Source: the human T2T-CHM13v2.0 reference genome, Homo sapiens
Reading direction: 5' to 3' (one strand)
Length of the DNA stretch: 64,000 nt
Assembly (NCBI RefSeq): GCF_009914755.1
Contig: NC_060926.1
The notes beneath the pieces were generated by a model. The model did no database searches, was not told where the DNA came from, and saw only the letters and a program-made list of their open reading frames with translations. A program made the translations under genes and the position numbers. Shown here in pieces: positions 14,196-27,189 of this stretch. Position 1 is the stretch's first letter, and each line of letters opens with the position of its first letter.

Positions 14196-14249
14196 AATAA
14201 AATTCATTCCATTTGCTGATTGTCTGAAATTTTCTAGAATACTAATAAA
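14196..14249 (+). terminator. Candidate proximal polyadenylation signals
   Basis: AATAAA at 14196-14201 and 14244-14249; ATTAAA also at 13984 and 14421. Confidence 0.5.
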
Positions 14250-14439
14250 ATACATACTATAGATTCTTTATTAGTGAAGTATGCACTAATCAATACTTTG
14301 AACACAAAGCCTGTGTTACTGATTTGGCCGTTTTGTGAAGAAACATTTATCTTTGTACGTTCTTCTATTGTGCTTTCTATCTAATTTTTATTAATTTGTA
14401 AGAGTAAGCACCTTTAGAATATTAAAAATTAATTCTTTA

Positions 14440-14775
14440 TCACATGTTGTCATTTCTTCCCATTGTGTTTTCTCTTGTAATTTTATCTGTGAATTAATAG
14501 CTTTTTGTTTGTCTTTTTGATATACTGAAGTTTTCTATTATATTCAGCCAGATTTTTTTTTAAGTCTCGGCTTCTGATACATTTTAAAAGACCTTCTAAA
14601 ACCAAGGTTTTAGAATACTAACATTTTATCAAAATAATATTATAGTTTTGCTTTTTTTAAAAAATGAAATCTTTACTATGTTTGAAATTTAGATAAGTAT
14701 AAACAGTGAGAACAAACTGTTTCCCCTCAAAATAATAGCCAGATGTATAAACAAAATTTATTGAAGAACAAAGAA
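14440..14775 (-). mobile_element. Ancient L1M(E) fragment within the long HNMT 3' UTR
   Basis: Degenerate antisense ORF2 text (aagaccttc..aaccaagg, tatagttttg, agccagatg..aatttattgaag). Confidence 0.5.
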
Positions 14776-16113
14776 ACACAAAACTAAACCTGTTCTAGCT
14801 TAAAATGCAGCTTTTACCAGATTTCTAGGAATTGGGTAAATGCAAGGTTCTAGAAAACCTTCAATGCATTTTGATACTTTATAGTTTCTTATGTCACTCT
14901 CAAGAACTCCTATAAGACCAAGAGTCATCTTTGGACTGTAGGATTTCAGGGGGGTTTTGAAAACAAATTTGATGTTTCTTATTTTTAATAATAACGCTCT
15001 GTTATTTTTGACATAAACAGTACATTTAATAATTAATAAATAAATATTTTAAGTATGTAAATAATTAGTACTCCCTGTCACAAACAAAACAAAAGTAAGG
15101 TTTTACTAAACAGCTCATGAGCCCTCATTCTGCCAGTGAGGAAGCCTTCAACCCCGTGTGATACTCACTCTTTCATGCAATAGGGCTTCCATGTAATGTT
15201 GCCGTATAATCACTTTAAAAAGTTAAACGACCCATCTCAATCACCTAGTTTATCCCCAGGGAATACACTGGCATAGAGAGCCTATTTACACTAATAAACT
15301 ACCAAGCTTTGTTGTTCATAATAAGTAAAATGGACTTGCATTGCTCTCTTTTTTGGACAACTTCATCAATGCTTTTTGAATTATATGTTTCAACAAATGA
15401 AACGACAGTTATCCAATCAGATTCCTGAAAATGAACACTGAACCGTTAATCATACTGATATGTACTACTGACAAAGGAAATCTGTGAGGCACACATGATT
15501 GATGGGTATGGGGCCATGAAGACCTTGAAGAGCTTCACCAGAAGTATGGAAATCAAGACTTTACAGAGTCTTTTGTATAAAGCACACGTGCAAAAACAAA
15601 CAAAATTAGAACTAACAATGCTATTGAAAGATACAAAAGAATTGCAGTCCATAGATTGGTGTTTGTAAATATGGCCTTTTTCTCGTCCTTATTAAACCCT
15701 TAGTATACAAGGATAAATAAATTCTCACCTGCTTAATTTTAGTGCAATTGAAACACATAAGCCTTTTTAAAGAGAGAAATTCCCATGAAAACCTACTAGT
15801 CAGCAATGGGAAGTTGTATAAATTCAAGGGATAAACCTATCCCTGTTTTCTTCCTGCACTGTATGATAATACCAAAATTTGGGACAGTCACATACTAACT
15901 TTTCAGATTTGTTCTTGTGTTTCAGAAAAAAGTGCTCAGCATGAATTTGGAATGTTGTTTTATGTATTGTTGTGGATCTCTCAGTGTTTAACATGGTGCC
16001 TTGCATATGGTAAATGCTAAGTAAAGCGGGATCAATGAATTATTTCCTTCTCAAACATTTATCTTATACCTTGTGTGTTCATATTATTATTATAAACAGA
16101 GCTCAAGAAACCC

Positions 16114-16119
16114 AATAAA
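16114..16119 (+). terminator. Candidate distal polyadenylation signal
   Basis: AATAAA followed by gttatgtgttg, with T-rich sequence downstream. Confidence 0.55.
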
Positions 16120-16574
16120 GTTATGTGTTGCCAGTGTAAACCTTAACTTATTTAGGACTCTTTCAGACACTTTTTTGCATGTATTGTTGGGGCATATTGC
16201 CAAAACCCAAAGAGAAAGCATGATGTGGAGCACAGCATTTTAGGGCTTGATATTTGCTTATTATAAAAATTGGTGACTTTTTTATGGCCCTGCCATTCTG
16301 GGCCATAAAAGTTAAGTAATTTCTAATGCACAACCATAAAAAGAGATGCAAGGGCCATAGGAGAATACTAGATCTTAAGTCTGTGGAACTGCACAGACCC
16401 AAATGTATATTTAATGTATTTTAAATGTTTGTTTAATGAGAATAGCTGGCACATAATACTTTATTATTGAAATCATATTTATATGTCACCTCATCAGAAT
16501 GTTACTTCTAAAAAAATGTGGGCTTCTTGCGAAGTCCCACAGTGGAGTGAGTGGATTAAAATAACCTTGTTAAA

Positions 16575-16810
16575 TAAAGCTGTAGAGCCAGACTTACTGG
16601 GTACAAATTCCGGTTGTATTAATTACTCACCAAGTGACATTAGGTAACTTATTTTCTCTCTATTCTCATATTTCTTCATCTACACAATGAAGTGAATCAT
16701 AGTATCTACCTCAGAAGATGGTTACGAGAAGCCCAGGAGTTAAGCTTCATAAATATGCACATAAAGCATTAGACTCATCAGGAATACTCAAAAATATTAA
16801 CCACCATTGT
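16575..16810 (+). mobile_element. MIR SINE
   Basis: gagccagac...gggtacaaattcc...tttcttcatctacacaatg...tatctacctcag. Confidence 0.7.
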
Positions 16811-17249
16811 TATTAGTTACTCATGGAAACTCAATACAAAATGCAGAGTAAATAAAAAGTTTAAGGAAAATTACAACTAAGGCCAGAGAGCTAGTACTTG
16901 TAGGAGCCGACCTAGTTTCTGACCTTGTGATTCTTAGCCACAGGAAGATGGCCTCTGTGTCTTTCAGAGCTAAGCTGGTCCTCCAAGAGACTCAAGGTGC
17001 CATCAGGATTCCACCATCCAAGCCCCACCTTAAGGGATCTGCCTCCCTGAGCTATCCATGCTCTAAGTGCCTGTGCTCAGTACTATGTGAAATGGCCCCA
17101 TCTCAATCCTGCCTGATGAGACTATCCAGCTGGCACATGGATAGAAACCTATAGGCAGAAATTGATGAAACAGTCTTTCTGAAAATTATGAAATGCATCC
17201 ATCAAAAATTCTCTTAAAAATGTGAAATTACAAATCTGGGGCAATGAGA

Positions 17250-17710
17250 CATTCATTCACTTATTCGTGATATGTACAATTAATCAATATTTATTGAGTA
17301 CCTCTTTGGTGTGAGGGAGTTTTCTAAGCAAAGGACATATCACAGCAAAACAATAACAACAACAACAACAACGAAGTTCCAGACCTCAGTGACCTGATTT
17401 CTAGTGGGTGAAATAGGCAAAAAATAAATATATGCCAGAGAATGATAGGTGGTATTAAGAAAATAAAAGTAAATAAGGGGAAAAGAGTACCAGATGGGGA
17501 AATATTAAGTGGAGTGATCAGGGAAGCTCTCTTTGAAAGAACAAGATTTGAACAGAGATTGAAATGCAGTGAAGGAGCAAACCATGCATAGAGTTGGGAG
17601 AAAAGCATTTGAAGAAGTACAAATACAAAGGCCCTGATGTGGAAATAAGCTTTACATATCTAAAGGACAATAAGAAGGCGAGGTGGCTTTCTATAGTAGC
17701 TGAGCTGAAA
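17250..17710 (-). mobile_element. L2 LINE 3' end (antisense)
   Basis: cattcattcacttattc...atatttattgag...caaaggccctga. Confidence 0.75.
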
Positions 17711-20143
17711 GGTCCTAAGATAGATTCAAGTCTAGAGTTGCCACTGTGGGCCACATGTGGGAGGACCTCACTGGGATGCCATGGTTTGAAGGTGAGGCAT
17801 GGAACCAACTTGCAGAGAGAATGAGAGATGCCAGGAGTCTAAGACCACATGGCCTTTGAATGGGAGATGAGCTTTGGCTGTCTCAAGGAAGGGTTCTTGC
17901 AGTTTCTATTCCCATCTGTGTCTAACCTGAACAAATACCATTTTACTCCAGGTATCCTTGTGGGTGTCTGCTTCTTGCCTCCCAAATGTCTTAGGTAGAG
18001 CAAAATAGAAGATCTTATTTGGTTGTTACCTCATGAATTAGAAAGATTATTTATTATTATCCTATTTCATAGGTGAGGAAACTGAGATACTAATACACTG
18101 AATAATTTAACCCAGCTCCCAAAGCAAGTTGATAACAGGAAGTTAGCCAAACCCTATACCTGCCCGGCCGACTCACACTGTATGTCTGCATATTGGGCAA
18201 GTTAAATATGTGATCTTCATTCATCTTAGATGCGGAGTATGACTTCATAGAACTAAATCACCTTTGCCCCCAAATATCCACTTGTACATTGAAGGGGACC
18301 TGATTATAAAAGGGAAGAAGAAGCAATCAGAGGATCAGAGTACTATGAAAAAATCACCTCCTTGAATAATGAGATAGTACTCTTTCTAAATACTACACTT
18401 CAGTAACAAGTTCATTTTAAGCTTGTCATAAATATCTGATTTTTCCATCCCATTGCCTTAACTTTTGCCTGTATTTCTCTGCCTCACCTCCTACCAGGTC
18501 CCAGACATCACCAATTTCATGTTTAAATTATCTGTCATTCATACCCTAGCTCCCCTATGATTCATAAACTGTGCAATACACATCCATAGTACATGATCAA
18601 CTAATGCAGGATAGTTAAAGCTAAGGATCATGTAATCCATTTCTCAGTGTGATATACACCATAAAAAGGCAACTGCAGTAAAAGGGGGGTTGATTTAAGG
18701 GCTCCCTGGGTAACGACAGTCACAATTTCTAAATGTGCCAAAAATTAATTAGGGCTCTGAGTCAGATTGTAGTAATCTCTGTGGCAATGGATTAATAAAT
18801 ACAGCAAGACGCCGTTCTGGAGGCTGCACTGACACATGGGGATACTCTGTATAAGCAGTGCCTTTCCATGATCATATTCTTCTCTTGAAGAATTATCTGT
18901 GTTTCCTGGCTTGTCTTAATGATACTTGAAGGACTTTGCAAACAACCTGCTTAGGATAGAAAATGTTGAAATAAATCACAGGGGCCATGAGGTATAGTCC
19001 AACCTTGGTGAGTTCTCCAAAGACATTTGCTATAGAAGATGCAGAAAAGTGTCAGTACCTTTATTTATGTTCTACAGCTAACTAATTTCATGCTAATTTC
19101 ATTTCTATACTGTGATTCCTTTTTCTGCATGTGTTGATATATGGGTTTCATGAGTTAATTCTCTGGTTTTCAATGCAGGCAGACTGGACATAAATCCCAG
19201 GGTTTTGTAGAAGAGGCAGTTGCTCCATGCTGCTTATTATCAGCAGGAGCACATTGCAGCCTTAGCTTATTTATCAAGATATTGCTGCCTCATGCCACAC
19301 ATTTCCCAACAGACTTCATCTACCCCACAATAGCCTTTAATGGAAGGTGCATTACCCTCCTTGTGGTTTGTTTATAATTACTTTTATTTCTCCAGGACTG
19401 ATTGGGAGAGGAGTTTGGACTTATTCTTCATTGTATAAGTTACCCAGGCAAGGAAATTAGCCAGGGCTTACTGCTCCAGTAGAAGCCTCATGGGATGGAT
19501 ATGTTTGGGCAAGGTTGGCAACTTATGAGTTTCCCATCTGTGTGTCCTAGGAATGGTGGAGCAAAAACTGGCTCTTCAGCTTGGCTGCTTCCCTCTGTTT
19601 TCTTTGGCCATTCTAATTCATAGTTTCCAGCTTGAAAAAGAGTTAATCATGGAGGAAGATTCTTTGCTAAATAAAACAGACCATAAGGGATTTAAAAGAC
19701 CCCATTTTAATAATAGTTAACATTTCTTGAGGGCTTATTACGTGTTGTGCTCATGTTAAGTGTTTATAGGCATTATACAACCTAATCCTCATAACAAGCT
19801 TATGAGTGAGTTAGTTACAATTTCTATTCCAATTTCACAAAGAAGGAAACTGAAGTTTAAATTATATATTAAATTATATAATGTGTACCTCATTCTTACA
19901 TCTGGTGGAGCCAGAATTCTAATACACACGAATTAACCCCAGGGACCATGTTCATAACCACTACATCTTGCTGTCTTTAATAATGTTGACCTTCATTGCC
20001 TCTCTGTCCCTTTTCTTCCTCTTTAAGTTTCATATAGGAATTATCTCCTAGCTTCTTAATTTTTATCCTATTTCCCAGGGACGGATCTCACCTGGTGACT
20101 CTAGCATAAAGATAGTACCTGTTTGACTTGATCAACTTTGGCC

Positions 20144-20213
20144 CAAAATATATTATCTTCAAGAGGCAAAATATATTATCTTCAAGAGGCAAAATACATT
20201 ATCTTCAAGAGGC
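20144..20213. repeat. Tandem repeat, 3 x 23 bp (CAAAATATATTATCTTCAAGAGG)
   Basis: Copies at 20144-20166, 20167-20189 and 20190-20212; one T>C change in copy 3; no spacers. Confidence 0.97.
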
Positions 20214-20394
20214 TACTCCTGTATGATTGTGGCTTGGTCTCTTGGGCAAGAGAGAACAATCCCAGTAAACTGATCCATTATTTTGACCTTGTATAAACAT
20301 ATCCTCAGTTACTGAGCATCTGATAACAAAAGCCTTTTTAACAGCAATATTGAGCCCAGTGTGGCTCCAGCTGGACAGAGTCATTAGGTGAGGT

Positions 20395-20860
20395 GGCAGA
20401 GACTAGCCCCCTCTGCCTTCCTTCTATGGTAATAGAGTGTCAAATTTTTAACTAGGTACAAGCCTGCCCAGATAAGACTACATTTCTTATACGCCCTTGG
20501 AGTTTGATATAGCCACATGACTAAGTTCTAGGCAATAGAATGTGAGAAGAAATAACACAATTTGTGGAACATGATGACAAAGAAAGAGATATATTCTCCT
20601 CTTCTACTTTTTTTCCTTCTGGATGGCTGGAATGTGGTAGTCAGCTATGCCAGACCATGCAGACAAGGACAGCAACACCCTAGGAAATGTGGAGAAACAA
20701 GGTAAAAGGAGCCACATCCCTGGACCTGATGGAGCAGAGTTGCCATTTTGGGGTGGACTACCTACCCTCTGAGTGTCACCTGAGAGAGAAAGGGCATTCT
20801 ACCTTGTACATACAATGTTAACTTTTTTAGAGTAATAGCAACTGAAACCATGCCCAAACT
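20395..20860 (+). mobile_element. LTR16-like ERVL solo LTR
   Basis: gcccagataagactacatttc...agccacatgactaagttct.ggcaatagaatgtgag...atggagcagag. Confidence 0.6.
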
Positions 20861-21249
20861 ACCATAGGTAGCTTAATTTGACCCACATATTTCCCATCTG
20901 TTTCAGAATCTTTTTTTTTAATCTGCAAAGGAAGCCACAAGAAATATTATGAAAATGGTAAAAAAAAAAAAAAAAACCTTGGAAAATATAACATAAGTTA
21001 TATTGAGGGTAGGAAAGTGGATGACTGCATTGGAAGAAAAACATTCTTTCAAATGGGGCCAAAATACCAAGATGAGAAGTGCACTCATCTTATCAGTCAC
21101 CTGAGTCCTAGATATTTAATCTGCATTATGTCAAATACCCAAAAGATGAGCAGATGACTTAGTCATTCATCATGGTATTTAGTTAGATTTCAATAAAACA
21201 TAAAAATATGAACATTAACAGATTCTATGAATGGTGCCCATGCACTGCT

Positions 21250-21395
21250 TTTAAAATTTCTGTGGACTGAAGAATGACCTGGGTGGCTTTTTAGATATGT
21301 AAATTTCTTGGTTCCGTCCCAAATCTGAACCATGTGTGCAGTTCAGGAATCTGTCTTTGTGAACTGACCAGGTGATTTTCTGGCTCACCAAAACA
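21250..21395. mobile_element. MER5-like DNA transposon fragment
   Basis: gaatgacctggg...caggaatctg...ccaggtgattt. Confidence 0.45.
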
Positions 21396-22020
21396 CCTAA
21401 ACCTGCAATATATTGAGGTTTGGAAAGAATGTTATAACAATAAAAAATAGTAATAATTATAGAAACATTAAAATCATACTCTTACCTATCTCGACCAGTA
21501 TTTATCAAATTGCTGCAATTAATAATAATATTATCCACAGTGAATTGAGTACTTATATTTGCCAAGGACTATATAAAATTCTTAACGTATTATTTCATTT
21601 TGTTTTCACAATAAAAAGTCAGTCTTTAAAATTATTATTATTTTTCAGAGGAAGAGTCTGAGGTTTGATAGGTTTAGATAGACTTGCCCACAGTCTAAGC
21701 TAAAACGTGATAGCGTGGGGCCTTTTCTGGATTTTTCTCCCCCACAGTCCAGGTGTTTAACTCTTAGACAGGAAGGTCTTTCATGGAATCTTGGAGCTGT
21801 CATCATTCAGAGAGAAAAATCATGGCTCAAAGGTTATTCAAGTAAGCAATAGTGAGCACACAGGTGTTCAGAATGTCTGTACCTGCCATTTGCAAGATGT
21901 CATATAGGATCTGTGAAAAGACATGAGTTCAGGGATTAGAAGAAAAGAGAGAACATAAAAACACATTTTCTGAGCTAAAAGGCCAAGCTTCGTATAAATC
22001 ATTTTAGCAATTTTAAACAA

Positions 22021-22047
22021 ACACACACACACACACACACACACACT
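22021..22047. repeat. (CA)n microsatellite
   Basis: About 13 AC units. Confidence 0.95.
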
Positions 22048-22113
22048 TTAGAGATGTAAAAATGCTTTCAGCGGGTTCCCAAGATTGTGATGACTCTAGT
22101 TTCAGAATTTTAA

Positions 22114-22528
<415 letters not shown>

Positions 22529-25371
22529 TACATATAATATCTGTGTGTGTGTGTCATACACACCCAGACATAAAGACGCACACAAATCATTTATATATGT
22601 ACTTCCACATTTGTATCCCAGCTGTCGATCTCTACAGTGACAGAAAGCATGATGTGGATTACAAATTCATTTTAAGATGAATACTTGTGCATTTTCTTAA
22701 TTTAAAATAATACTTGCATAAGCAAGACACCAGTATACATCAAATTTTAATGGGGTCCTTAATTACAAAAGGAAGTTAAACAAAGAAATTAACATACAAG
22801 ATGTCACATTAAACTCAAAGACATCAATGTATTTTATGCTTTTGTTTTATAGCAAGAGTTCTGAACCAATGGTACTACTAGGTAGAGGGAAAAAAAGTCT
22901 TCACTTTCAATAAAAATAAAAATGCTAGAATTAAATAGATTAATATCTAATTTTATACCTTCATTTATATTATGTGCAAAATTATCTTAAATATTTGTTA
23001 TGGATGAAGTGGCTTTCTACCAAATTGAGCCTTTTCATAGTAGAAAATGTTAACATAAATTGTAGCATAAATCATTGCCTCATAGAATACCAGAAGGCGC
23101 ATATAAAAACCCATATCTTTACTGCACATATTTCCCATTAACCATAATCTATTAGTAATTGAAGTTCATTACAAATTCTTGTAGACTTTATTGCTATCAT
23201 GCAGCATGACATACTGGACCTGGCTTGCATAACAAGAAGTCCTTGCTGGGAAATATCCTATTAACAATGACAGTGCATTTGTCATTGTGATAATAAACCC
23301 GAGAGCTGTCTGTAGACTATAAATTATCAAGGCGCCATTTGTGCTGCCCTGGCTTGAAGGTTTGTCAGTGTTTCCATTTTAAACCCTTGATTTTCAGTGA
23401 GTTGTAACTCAACTATCGTAATCTGCAGTGAGCTGCAACTTTACATCCAAAACAATTCTTAAATATGACTTACATTTTCCAATCAGGAAGAATAGAGGTC
23501 TGCTGGCTTGAGCACAATAGTATCAAAGAGATCTGTAAAACATAACACTTTCGGCCAAGAAAAATATGTTTATATCTGGTCCAGAATACCTATGGATATT
23601 TAAAATCAGAGTTTCTAATAGTTCCTTTTTTATGCCTTAAAAGGACATTATTTATCTTTTTGAAGGGTAACAACTAAAAGCAAATGTCAGGCCTTCAAGG
23701 TAACTACATATGTCAGGGGATTTTTCCTTTCATGCAAGAGCCTCCATTTCCATCCCTTTCAGATTAATAATTTGAAAAATAGAAGAATTTACATGGAGCA
23801 GTGAGACACATTGCTGTCAAGGGAAAGGAACATTTGAGAAGCAGATGTATATTTGAAACAGAAATAGTAATGACCATGTAAATAGATGTGCCTTTGGCTT
23901 GGAGGTGAGCTTTACCAGTCTGTGACATTTCTCAGCCAAGGAGCTGGAAGCCAGCAGAACCAGAAAATGCTTTCTGCATTACATAATGGACTGGTTCCAC
24001 AATCTGCAATCGTTCTTACCTCAAATTGGGGTTGCAGACAATTACAATTACTTGAAAAATTTCCCCAATTCCCAAATTAAGGGCATTCACTTCTATGGAT
24101 ACACTGACAGCAACTAAAACTCTCGAGTCTCAAGTTTCTATAGAGGGTGATGAATTGATCTGAGCGCTTGGACACCAGTTGCATACAAGCCTGGATGCCA
24201 GGTACCACATGAAAGGTAAAAGTGAAGAAAGAGACTGGTTTCAGCTCTCAGAGAGGTTGCTAATTCCTAAGGAAGACTGACAAGTAAGAATACAAATATT
24301 ATACAAGACAGAGTGAGATGTAAATGCAAAATTGAGCTATAAAAAGTACTTGAGGAAAGGTAAAGCGATTAATTTTTACTGGAGGCCTAAATAAACAGAC
24401 ATCATGGACAGGACACATTTAAGCAGGATCTTCAAGAATTTCATCTTTTTAGAGACCACCATACTCCCCGCTTCCACCCCTCACCCCATCATGTAACACA
24501 ATGCCCTTTCCTGGGATGCATTACAATGTGAGGAGAATAACAAATTCGTACTATAGGAATGACCACTAGCTTGGATAGGGTGGACTAGCAGATACTTGCC
24601 CAACTTCTAACAATTACAAATACAAATTCATTGTCAGAGTATACCAATTGCTTAGAGTGATTGGGAACAACCAAAGTGTAGCCAGCTAGAATAAACCTTC
24701 TTTTATTTTAGGGAAATCCTAATGTCTGGGTCCTTCTAGCCCCCTTTTAATGAGACAATAGGACTTCAGTTTTACTCAGTCATTAAGTGAGGGAAAACAC
24801 AGCAAATATTCATTATACTGAATTTATTCTCAAATGTGTTAAAAAAAAATCAAATAGTTCAGACAATACTAAATCAATGCTTTGGGTAGATAATTTACTG
24901 AGACTACATACAAAATCCCAAATCTGTGTCCCAGACACTATGCTAAATGATTGCAAATCATGAAGTAGGTTTTAATATTTCCATTTTATAGAATAGGAAA
25001 GTGATACTTAGGCAAATTGCAAGTTCTGAGACAGGTTATGATTTGCCTAATATTAAACAGCTATTCGGAGGTACCACAGAAATTCAAACTTTGGCTTACT
25101 TACTGCTTGGGCAATACCATGATCTCTAGCTGCCATTTACTTCCATTGTTGTCTTTTAGTCTCAAATAATAAATTAGAGAGAGCATTAAGAATGTTAGTT
25201 CTCGCCCTCTAAAACTTAGTTCCTATTACCAATTAACTATATTTCAATTTTTTTCTTCTCTTTCTGAAATAATTTCATTGGTGCTCTTCAGATATGTACC
25301 ACCCTGCTTCAATTTTATCCTCAAGAGCTATTTCAAAAACAGTGATTTCATGTCTAACTAAAAGCAAAATA

Positions 25372-25670
25372 GGCCAGGCGCGGTGGCTTATGCCTGTAAT
25401 CCAAGCACTTTGGGATGCCGAGGCGGCCAGATCACAAGGTCAGGAGTTCGAGACCAGCCTGACCAACGTGGTAAAACCTCATTTCTACTAAAAATACAAA
25501 AATCAGTGAAGCATGATGGTGCATGCCTATAATCCCAGCCACTCAGGAGGCTGAGGCAGGAGAATTGCTTGAACTCAGGAGGTGGACGTTGCAGTGAGCT
25601 GAGATCACGTCACCGCACTCCAGACTGGGCGACACAGCAAGACTTCATCTCAAAAAAAAAAAAAAAAAAA
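25372..25670 (+). mobile_element. AluS (Sg-like) SINE
   Basis: ggccaggcgcggtggc...gatcacaaggtcaggagttcgagaccagcctgacc...A20 tail; degenerate TSD aaagcaaaat/aaggtaaaat. Confidence 0.95.
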
Positions 25671-27189
25671 GGTAAAATGAGTAAAATGTTATTTTCTCAT
25701 AAAGTTTATTGATTCTGTCAAAATTATATAATATTCTCTGACTTATTTAGAACAAAATTTGTAATTCAGGATCCAATTCTCATTTGAAAATAGCTCTGGT
25801 ATTTGGGACAATCATGCATATAAAATTTGCTCACATTTAGATAAAAGTTCCGCCACTTTAATTTCAAATTCCACAATGTTCTTGGACTCTTTTCTTCCCA
25901 TGTTAGCATCTTTGCCATTTGGATATGGCTATCTGTTAATTCACTTGCTTTCTTTTCAAACTCCTTCCTAGTGCTCTAATAAATCACATTTTTTTTCTAT
26001 CAAGTTTAATGTCCTTTCATAGTGGTGAACATGACTTGCAGAGTACACAATGCACTGAAAGATTCTCAGCAAACAAAGTATGGTCATTTTGATTCCAAAT
26101 GTTTGCCCAGGCAACAGTTTGCCATTTGGAACCAACCCGAAAGCCAGCAAAAGCATGATGGGCCATCTGCTCATTCTTCCTTTCTCATTCTCAAGAATTT
26201 AAAACAATTATTTCCATTCATATAGCTTTTTACTTTCAAAGCATTTACCAATTGCTGTGCATATAATTTCATTTATCAACTTAAGCTTTCCACTAAAATA
26301 AAAATAGATAATTCAGGAGAAAGTGAAAATCTACCATGTGTCTTATCCAGTGATATCACCATTTTTTTTTTTCTTTCATGGAGAACCAAAGAACAGGGAC
26401 ATCAAATGCCCCTCAGTGATAAAGCACATGACTTCAGTAAGTAATGTTTTGCTTTCCCTGCCCTGGCCGAGTTCCTATGCCCTCATGAGCTAAAGATGGT
26501 TCAAACTCAGAATAGGGAGGAGAGTAATTGGAAAAACAAGAATGTTAGATATAAGAGAGAACTATTGCTTGCCGTTGAGGGTTGGGGAGAGAACATATGC
26601 TCAACTTTATGCCAAATATGTGCAGTAACACAAAAGTCCATTTTAAATTTAGAGATCTGATAGTACAGCATATCTGGGTTCCATGCTGGGTGAAGCCCAG
26701 GAAGATAGCAAACTTCACGGAGAAATCTTTCTGTCATCACGGGCAGCTACTGTAGAGTAAAACTGTCACTTCTAATATTGCGTAGCCAAGCCTGAAGGAG
26801 AAGGAAGGGGCCACAGAGGACACTACACCCCAAGCTGTGTATTTCTACAGGCTCAAGTGTGTCTGAGACAGCATTCCAAAGATTCCTCCCACTGTACCTA
26901 CTGCCACCCAAATGGGTGCTGTGAAAGGTCTGAGAGGACACTGGTCCTCAATGGATCTCGTATTTATGATGAGGAAATGCAGCCCTAGAGGGCAGGACTG
27001 CTGGGGTACCCTAAACTCTCTAAAGTCCTTTTCTGATCACATCTTCTAACTATCCTCACTTTGTAAAATTCTTCCATTGTGAATTTTAAAAGTTCTTGTC
27101 TATTATCATTAAAAACATCGGTATTCTCAATCCCCTATGTTCCAGAACCTGGCCCTGTTTTGAGGATACCATTTTCCCCATAGCCCTTT

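Larger units (their letters stand above)
13917..16140 (+). other. HNMT: HNMT 3' UTR (long form; 3' end approximate)
   Basis: Follows the stop codon; AU-rich; several AATAAA/ATTAAA hexamers, with a distal AATAAA at 16114-16119 followed by TG-rich sequence. Confidence 0.65.

Noticed and set aside
20144-20213. CRISPR-like 23-bp repeats
   Set aside because: The copies are contiguous with no spacers, so this is a simple tandem repeat.
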